Origin: Utricularia gibba
Lineage: Eukaryota > Plantae > Magnoliophyta
NCBI GenBank assembly: GCA_002189035.1
Contig: NEEC01000043.1
Location: forward strand, 1-32,834
DNA: 32,834 nucleotides
Direction: 5' to 3'
Made by a program: the position numbers and the translations under genes
The notes under the pieces: generated by a model
Told to the model about the DNA's origin: nothing
Seen by the model: the letters and a program-made list of their open reading frames with translations, nothing else
Database searches by the model: none
In this document: positions 24,376-32,834 of the stretch, in pieces
Layout of the letters: each line of letters opens with the position of its first letter
Numbering within the stretch: position 1 is the first letter of the stretch

Positions 24376-26999
24376 ATGTCACGTGCACCCCACATGATTT
24401 TTTCGATCTTACCTGGAACGGGACAAAGGTAATGTTTGGCTTGCACCGAGAGTTAGTTGTAGTCCGGCAAATAAAGTGATGTATTTATTATCACATGGTT
24501 TTTCATTCTCGTTTTGTGGCGGCCAGTCTCGCTGGGAACTTGGTCCTTGACCCGATTCTGTATGGCTCATGAGGTCAACTGGATGCAAATCGATTAAAAA
24601 AAATGATGCATTTTTTAAATTATGATGTCACGTGCACCCCACATGATTTTTTCAACAACTTACTTTATACTTGAGCAGGCGGTCTTTGGGTGCACCTGGA
24701 ACGGGACAAAGGTAATGTTTGGCTTGCACCGAGAGTTAGTTGTAGTCAACAAATTCTCGTTTTGTGGCGGCCAGTCTCGCTGGGAACTTGGTCCTTGACC
24801 CCGATTCTGTATGGCTCATGAGGTCAACTGGATGCAAATCGATTAAAAAAAATGATGCATTTGTTTAAATTATGATGTCACGTGCACCCCACATGATTTT
24901 TTCAACAACTTACTTTATACTTGAGCAGGCGGTCTTTGGGTGCACCTGGAACGGGACAAAGGTAATGTTTGGCTTGCACCGAGAGTTAGTTGTAGTCCGG
25001 CAAATAAAGTGATGTATTTATTATCGTTCGGTTTTCGGGGGCTGCCTACATGGTTTTTCAAGGAACCGCTTCTCGTTTTGTGGCGGCCAGTCTCGCTGGG
25101 AACTTGGTCCTTGGATTCTGTATGGCTCATGAGGTCAACTGGATGCAAATCGATTAAAAAAATGATGCATTTCTTTAAATTATGATGTCACGTGCACCCC
25201 ACATGATTTTTTCAACAACTTACTTTATACTTGAGCAGGCGGTCTTTGGGTGCACCTGGAACGGGACAAAGGTAATGTTTGGCTTGCACCGAGAGTTAGT
25301 TGTAGTCCGGCAAATCACACTGTTTTGTGGCGGCCAGTCTCGCTGGGAACTTGGTCCTTGACCCGATTCTGTATGGCTCATGAGGTCAACTGGATGCAAA
25401 TCGATTAAAAAAAATGATGCATTTGTTTAAATTATGATGTCACGTGCACCCCACATGATTTTTTCAACAACTTACTTTATACTTGAGCAGGCGGTCTTTG
25501 GGTGCACCTGGAACGGGACAAAGGTAATGTTTGGCCGGCAAATAAAGTGCACATGGTTTTTCAAGGAACCGCTTCTCGTTTTGTGGCGGCCAGTCTCGCT
25601 GGGAACTTGGTCCTTGTTCTGTATGGCTCATGAGGTCAACTGGATGCAAATCGATGATGCATTTAAATTATGATGTCACGTGCACCCCACATGATTTTTT
25701 CGAGCAGGCGGTCTTTCACCTGGAACGGGACAAAGGTAATGTTTGGCTTGCACCGAGAGTTAGTTGTAGTCCGGCAAATAAAGTGATGTATTTATTATCG
25801 TTCGGTTTTCGGGGGCTGCCTACATGGTTTTTCAAGGAACCGCTTCTCGTTTTGTGGCGGCCAGTCTCGCTGGGAACTTGGTCCTTGACCCCGATTCTGT
25901 ATGGCTCATGAGGTCAACTGGATGCAAATCGATTAAAAAAAATGATGCATTTGTTTAAATTATGATGTCACGTGCACCCCACATGATTTTTTCAACAACT
26001 TACTTTATACTTGAGCAGGCGGTCTTACTGAGCAGTGCACCTGGAACGGGACAAAGGTAATGTTTGGCTTGCACCGAGAGTTAGTTGTAGTCCGGCAAAT
26101 AAAGTGATGTATTTATTATCGTTCGGTTTTCGGGGGCTGCCTACATGGTTTTTCAAGGAACCGCTTCTCGTTTTGTGGCGGCCAGTCTCGCTGGGAACTT
26201 GGTCCTTGACCCCGATTCTGTATGGCTCATGAGGTCAACTGGATGCAAATCGATTAAAAAAATGATGCATTTGTTTAAATTATGATGTCACGTGCACCCC
26301 ACATGATTTTTTCAACAACTTACTTTATACTTGAGCAGGCGGTCTTTGGGTGCACCTGGAACGGGACAAAGGTTACCCCGGCAAATCACATGGTTTTTCA
26401 AGGAACCGCTTCTCGTTTTGTGGCGGCCAGTCTCGCTGGGAACTTGGTCCTTGACCCCGATTCTGTATGGCTCATGAGGTCAACTGGATGCAAATCGATT
26501 AAAAAAAATGATGCATCACGTTGGAGCAGGCGGTCTTTGGGTGCACCTGGAACGGGACAAAGGTAATGTTTGGCTTGCACCGAGAGTTAGTTGTAGTCCG
26601 GCAAATAAAGTGATGTATTTATTATCGTTCGGTTTTCGGGGCTGCCTACATGGTTTTTCAAACTTGGTCCTTGACCCCGATTCTGTATGGCTCATGAGGT
26701 CAACTGGATGCAAATCGATTAAAAAAAATGATGCATTTGTTTAAATTATGATGTCACGTGCACCCCACATGATTTTTTCAACAACTTACTTTATACTTGA
26801 GCAGGCGGTCTTTGGGTGCACCTGGAACGGGACAAAGGTAATGTTTGGCTTGCACCGAGAGTTAGTTGTAGTCCGGCAAATAAAGTGATGTATTTATTAT
26901 CGTTCGGTTTTCGGGGGCTGCCTACATGGTTTTTCAAGGAACCGCTTCTCGTATGGCTCATGAGGTCAACTGGATGCAAATCGATTAAAAAAAATGATG

Positions 27000-29900
27000 C
27001 ATTTGCATTGATGATGTCACGTGCACCCCACATGATGCAACAACTTACTTTATACTTGGCAGGCGGTGAGGGTGCACCTGGAACGGGACAAAGGTAATGT
27101 TTGGCTTGCACCGAGAGTTAGTTGTAGTCCGGCAAATCCCATTTCGTTCGGTCACCCTGCATCTGCTTCTCGTTTTGTGGCGGCCAGTCTCGCTGGGAAC
27201 ACTTGACCCCGATTCATGGCTCATGAGGTCAACTGGATGCAAATCGATTAAAAAAAATGATGCATTTGTTTAAATTATGATGTCACGTGCACCCCACATG
27301 ATTTTTTCAACAACTTATACTTGAGCAGGCGGTCTTTGGGTGCACCTGGAACTTGACCGCAGTGATGTATTTATTATCGTTCGGTTTTCTGCCTACATGG
27401 TTTTTCAAGGAACCGCTTCTCGTTTTGTGGCGGCCAGTCTCGCTGGAACTTGGGACAATGGCTCATGAGGTCAACTGGATGCAAATCGATGATGCATTGC
27501 ACCGAGAGTTAGTTGTAGTCCGGCAAATAAAGTGATGTATTTATTATCGTTCGGTTTTCGGGGGCTGCCTACATGGTTTTTCAAGGAACCTTCTCGTTTT
27601 GGCTCTCGCTTATATGGCGAGCCATGTCTCGCTGGGAACGGGACCTTAATGACCCGGCAAATAAAGTGATGTATTTATTATCGTTCGGTACATGGTTTTT
27701 CTTCAAGGTCAACCGCAAATCGATTCATTTAAATTATGATGTCACGTTCGATTTTCAAACGGGCAACACATACAGAACACCTTCTGTATGGCTCCGGATG
27801 CAAATCGATTAAAAAAAATGATGCATTTGTTTTCAAATGTTTGGCTTGCACCGAGAGTTAGTTGTAGTCCGGCAAATAAAGTGATGTATTTATTATCGTT
27901 CGGTTTTCGGGGGCTGCCACATGGTTTTTCAAGGAACCGCTTCTGGGTGGCGGCTCTCGCTTCTTGGTATGGCTCATTCTGTAACTCATGAGGTCAACTG
28001 CAAATCGATTAAAAAAAATGATGCATTTTTTAAATTATGATGTCACGTGCACCCCACATGATTTTTTCAACAACTTACTTTATACTTGAGCAGGCGGTCT
28101 TTGGGTGCACCTGGAACGGGACAAAGGTACCCACATGATTAGTCTAACAATTCTGTACTCCAAATGCAAATTGATGCAGGCGGTCGGTTTTCACCTGGAA
28201 CGGGACAAAGGTAATGTTTGGCTTGCACCGAGAGTTAGTTGTAGTCCGGCAAATAAAGTGATGTATTTATTATCGTTCGGTTTTCGGGGGCCTGGAACCG
28301 CTTCTCGTTTTGTGGCGGCCAGTCTCGCTGGGAACTTGGTCCTTGACCGATTCTGTATGGCTCATGAGGTCAACTGGATGCAAATCGATTCATGAGGTCA
28401 ACTGGATGCAAATCGATTAAAAAAAATGATGCATTTTTTAAATTATGATGTCACGTGCACCCCACATGATTTTTTCAACAACTTACTTTATACTTGAGCA
28501 GGCGGTCTTTGGGTGCACCTGGAACGGACAAAGGTAATGTTTGGCTTGCACCGAGAGTTAGTTGTAGTCGGCAAATAAAGTGATGTATTTATTATCACAT
28601 GATTCTCGTTTTGTGGCAACAACTTACTCCATACTTGAGCAGGCGGTCTTTGTGCACCTGGAACGGGACAAAGGTAATGTTTGGCTTGCACCAAGGAGAG
28701 TTAGTTTGTATTCCGGCAAATATGATGATGTATTTATTCATGCGTTCGGTTTTCGGGGCTGATACTGTGATTTTTCAAGGAACCGCTTCTCGTTTTGTGG
28801 CGGCCAGTCTCGCTGGAAACTTGGCATCCTTGACAACAACTTACTTTATACTTGAGCAGGCGGTCTTTGGGTGCTGTAATGTTTGGCTTGCACCGAACTT
28901 AGTGCAAATCAAATAAAGTGATGCATTTATTATCGTTCGGTTTTCGTGCCTACACATGGAACCGCTTCTCGTTTTGTGGCAGTCTCGCTGGGAACTTGGT
29001 CCTTGACCCGATTCTGTATGGCTCATGAGGTCAACTGGATGCAAATCGATTAAAAAAATGATGCACCTGGAACGATTTTTTCAACAACTTACTTTATACA
29101 AAACGGTAATGTTTGGCTTGCACCGAGAGTTAGTTGTAGTCGGCGTGCGTTCGGTTTTCGGGGCTGCCTACATGGTTTTTCAAGGAACCGCTTCTCGTTT
29201 TGTGGCGGCCAGTCTCGCTGGGAACTTGGTCCTTGACCCGATTCTGTATGGCTCATGAGGTCAACTGGATGCAAATCGATTAAAAAAAATGCGATGTCAC
29301 GTTGAGAGCAGGCGGTCTTACCTGTGGTTTTCAAATAAAGTGATGTACACATCAAGGAACCGCTTCTCGTTTTGTGGCGGCCAGTCTCGCTGGGAACTTG
29401 GTCCTTGACCCCGATTCTGTATGGCTCATGAGGTCAACTGGATGCAAATCGATTAAAAAAAATGATGCATTTGTTTAAATTATGATGTCACGTGCACCCC
29501 ACATGATTTTTTCAACAACTTACTTTATACTTGAGCAGGCGGTCTTTGGGTGCACCTGGAACGGACAAAGGTAATGTTTGGCTTGCACCGAGAGTTAGTT
29601 GTAGTCCAAATAAAGTGATGTATTTATTATCGTTCGGTTTTCGGGGCTGCCTACATGGTTTTTCAAGGAACGCTTCTCGTTTTGTGGCGGCCAGTCTCGC
29701 TGGGAACTTGGTCCTTGACCCCGATTCTGTATGGCTCATGAGGTCAACTGGATGCAAATCGATTAAAAAAAATGATGCATTTCACGTTGATTAATTGGTC
29801 CTTGACGATTCTGTACTCATGAGGTCAACTGGATGCAAATCGATTAAAAAAATGATGCATTTTTTAAATTATGATGTCACGTGCACCCACATGATTTTTC

Positions 29901-31680
29901 AACAACTTACTTTATACTTGAGCAGGCGGTCTTTGGGTGCACCTGGAACGGGACAAAGGTAAACCGAGAGTTAGTTTGGGCTAAAGTGCACCAAGGAGAG
30001 TTAACTTGGTCCTTGTTCTGTATGGCTCATGAGGTCAACTGGCAAATCGATTAAGATGCATGTATTTATTATCGTTCGGTTTTGGGGCACCTGGAACGGG
30101 ACTAATGTTTGGCCTTACATGTGTTTTTCAAGGAACCGCTTCTCGTTTTGTGGCGGCCAGTCTCGCTGGGAACTTGGTCCTTGACCCGATTCTGTATGGC
30201 TCATGAGGTCAACTGGATGCAAATCGATTAAAAAAAATGATGCATTTCTTTAAATTATGATGTCACGTGCACCACCACACATGATTTTTTCAACAATTCT
30301 TACTTTATACTTGAGCAGGCGGTCTTTGGGTGCACCTGGAACGGGACAAAGGTAATGTTTGGCTTGCACCGAGAGTTAGTTGTAGTCCGGCAAATAAAGT
30401 GATGTATTTATTATCGTTCGGTTTTCGGGGGCTACATGGTTTTTCAAGGAACCGCTTCTCGTTTTGTGGCGGCCAGTCTCGCTGGGAACTTGGTCCTTGA
30501 CCCGATTCTGTATGGCTCATGAGGTCAACTGGATGCAAATCGATTAAAAAAAATGATGCATTTCTTTAAATTATGATGTCACGTGCACCCCACATGATTT
30601 TTTCAACAACTTACTTTATACTTGAGCAGGCGGTCTTTGGGTGCACCTGGAACGGGACAAAGGTAATGTTTGGCTTGCACCGAGAGTTAGTTGTAGTCCG
30701 GCAAATAAAGTGATGTATTTATTATCGTTCGGTTTTCGGGGCTGCCTACATGGTTTTTCAAGGAACCGCTTCTCGTTTTGTGGCGGCCAGTCTCGCTGGG
30801 AACTTGGTCCTTGACCCCGATTCTGTATGGCTCATGAGGTCAACTGGATGCAAATCGATTAAAAAAAATGATGCATTTTTTAAATTATGATGTCACGTGC
30901 ACCCCACATGATTTTTTCAACAACTTACTTTATACTTGAGCAGCGGTCTTTGGGTGCACCTGGAACGGGACAAAGTGCACCCCAAATAAAGTGATGTATT
31001 TATTATCATGATTCTCGTTTTGTGGCGGCCAACAATTCTTATGGCTTTATATGCTTGATGCAGATGCACGTGTGATTTTTTCTTACTGAGCAGTGCACCT
31101 GGAACGGGACAAAGGTAATGTTTGGCTTGCACCGAGAGTTAGTTGTAGTCGGCAAATAAAGTGATGTATTTATTATCGTTCGGTTTTCGGGGGCTGCCTA
31201 CATGGTTTTTCAAGGAACCGCTTCTCGTTTTGTCTCGGGGAACTTGGTCCTTGACCCCGATTCTGTATGGCTCATGAGGTCAACTGGATGCAAATCGATT
31301 AAAAAAAATGATGCATTTCTTTAAATTATGATGTCACGTGCACCCCATGATTTTTCAACAACTTACTTTATACTTGAGCAGGCGGTCTTTGGGTGCACCT
31401 GTATGTTTGCTCATTAGAGGGCAAATCGTTCGGTTTTCGGGGGCTGCCTACATGGTTTTTCTGGATGCTGGGAAATCGTGGCTCTAAAAATGCAAATGAT
31501 GCATTTGTTTAAATTATGATCTTTGTGCACGTGCACCCCACATGGTTTTTCAAGGAACCGCTTCTCGTTTGTGGCGGCCAGTCTCGCTGGGACAACTTAT
31601 GGCTTTATATGCTTGATGCATTTTTAAATTATGATGTCACGTGCACCCACATGATTTTTTCAACAACTTACTTTATACTT
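27000..31680. repeat. Most heavily scrambled part of the array
   Basis: Short chimeric units of about 90-300 nt and recurrent non-consensus words; a few intact copies lie at 30311-30930. Confidence 0.85.
28363..28418 (+). repeat. Exact 28-bp tandem duplication within a monomer (catgaggtcaactggatgcaaatcgatt x2)
   Basis: Read directly at 28363-28390 and 28391-28418. Confidence 0.9.
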
Positions 31681-32834
31681 GAGCAGGCGGTCTTTGGGTG
31701 CACCTGGAACGGGACAAAGGTAATGTTTGGCTTGCACGAGAGTTAGTTGTAGTCCGGCAAATAAAGTGATGTATTTATTATCGTTCGGTTTTCGGGGGCT
31801 GCCTACATGGTTTTTCAAGGAACCGCTTCTCGTTTTGTGGCGGCCAGTCTCGCTGGGAACTTGGTCCTTGACCCGATTCTGTATGGCTCATGAGGTCAAC
31901 TGGATGCAAATCGATTAAAAAAATGATGCATTTCTTTAAATTATGATGTCACGTGCACCCCACATGATTTTTTCAACAACTTACTTTATACTTGAGCAGG
32001 CGGTCTTTGGGTGCACCTGGAACGGGACAAAGGTAATGTTTGGCTTGCACCGAGAGTTAGTTGTAGTCGGCAAATAAAGTGATGTATTTATTATCGTTCG
32101 GTTTTCGGGGCTGCCTACATGGTTTTTTCAAGGAACCGCTTCTCGTTTTGTGGCGGCCAGTCTCGCTGGGAACTTGGTCCTTGACCCCGATTCTGTATGG
32201 CTCATGAGGTCAACTGGATGCAAATCGATTAAAAAAAATGATGCATTTGTTTAAATTATGATGTCACGTGCACCCCACATGATTTTTTCAACAACTTACT
32301 TTATACTTGAGCAGGCGGTCTTTGGGTGCACCTGGAACGGACAAAGGTAATGTTTGGCTTGCACCGAGAGTTAGTTGTAGTCCGGCAAATAAAGTGATGT
32401 TTATTATCGTTCGGTTTTCGGGGGCTGCCTACATGGTTTTTCAAGGAACCGCTTCTCGTTTTGTGGCGGCCAGTCTCGCTGGGAACTTGGTCCTTGACCC
32501 CGATTCTGTATGGCTCATGAGGTCAACTGGATGCAAATCGATTAAAAAAAATGATGCATTTCTTTAAATTATGATGTCACGTGCACCCCACATGATTTTT
32601 TCAACAACTTACTTTATACTTGAGCAGGCGGTCTTTGGTGCACCTGAACGGACAAAGGTAATGTTTGGCTTGCACCGAGAGTTAGTTGTAGTCTGGCAAA
32701 TAAAGTGATGTTTTTATCGTTCGGTTTTCGGGGCTGCCTACATGGTTTTTCAAGGAACCGCTTCTCTTTGTGGCGGCCAGTCTCGCTGGGAACTTGGTCC
32801 TTGACCCCGATTCTGTATGGCTCATGAGGTCAAC

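Larger units (their letters stand above)
1..32834. repeat. Tandem satellite-like array with a 316-bp monomer, about 120 full or partial copies, single orientation, open at both window edges
   Basis: The same unit recurs throughout. In clean blocks, monomer starts fall at 1877, 2193, 2509, 2825 and 3141, and the repeat-derived ORF starts (1896, 2212, 2528, 2844) show the same 316-nt period. I saw no unique or inverted segment. Confidence 0.99.

Noticed and set aside
102-31132. Recurring - strand ORFs (MHPVDLMSHTESG..., MQAKHYLCPVPG...)
   Set aside because: Their lengths and frames depend on indels in individual copies, so there is no stable reading frame.
1271-32567. Recurring + strand ORFs (MHLERDKGNVWLAPRVSCSPANK..., 65 or 73 aa)
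   Set aside because: They start at GTG with no evident ribosome-binding site. The C-terminus flips between two frames with the length of a C homopolymer, I recognise no domain, and they recur only because the DNA repeats.
1-32834. CRISPR array
   Set aside because: There are no unique spacers between short repeats, and no cas genes.
1-32834. Higher-order period above 316 bp
   Set aside because: Variant monomers and recurrent junctions fall at irregular spacings, and I found no repeating multi-monomer pattern.

Overview
The whole 32,834-nt window is one uninterrupted head-to-tail tandem array of a 316-bp monomer. I count about 120 complete or truncated copies by hand, all in the same orientation, with no unique flanking DNA. 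The consensus is about 45% GC. I find no supportable protein-coding gene, RNA gene, mobile element or CRISPR array; the listed ORFs are repeat translations. The main hidden structure is that the 316-mer is a diverged dimer of two ~158-bp subunits (A and B), as in higher-order eukaryotic satellite DNA. Near-perfect blocks alternate with scrambled blocks whose abnormal junctions recur and sometimes switch between A and B in register. This fits either real array turnover or a long-read consensus/polishing artefact, and the sequence alone cannot separate the two. I do not recognise the family or the host.
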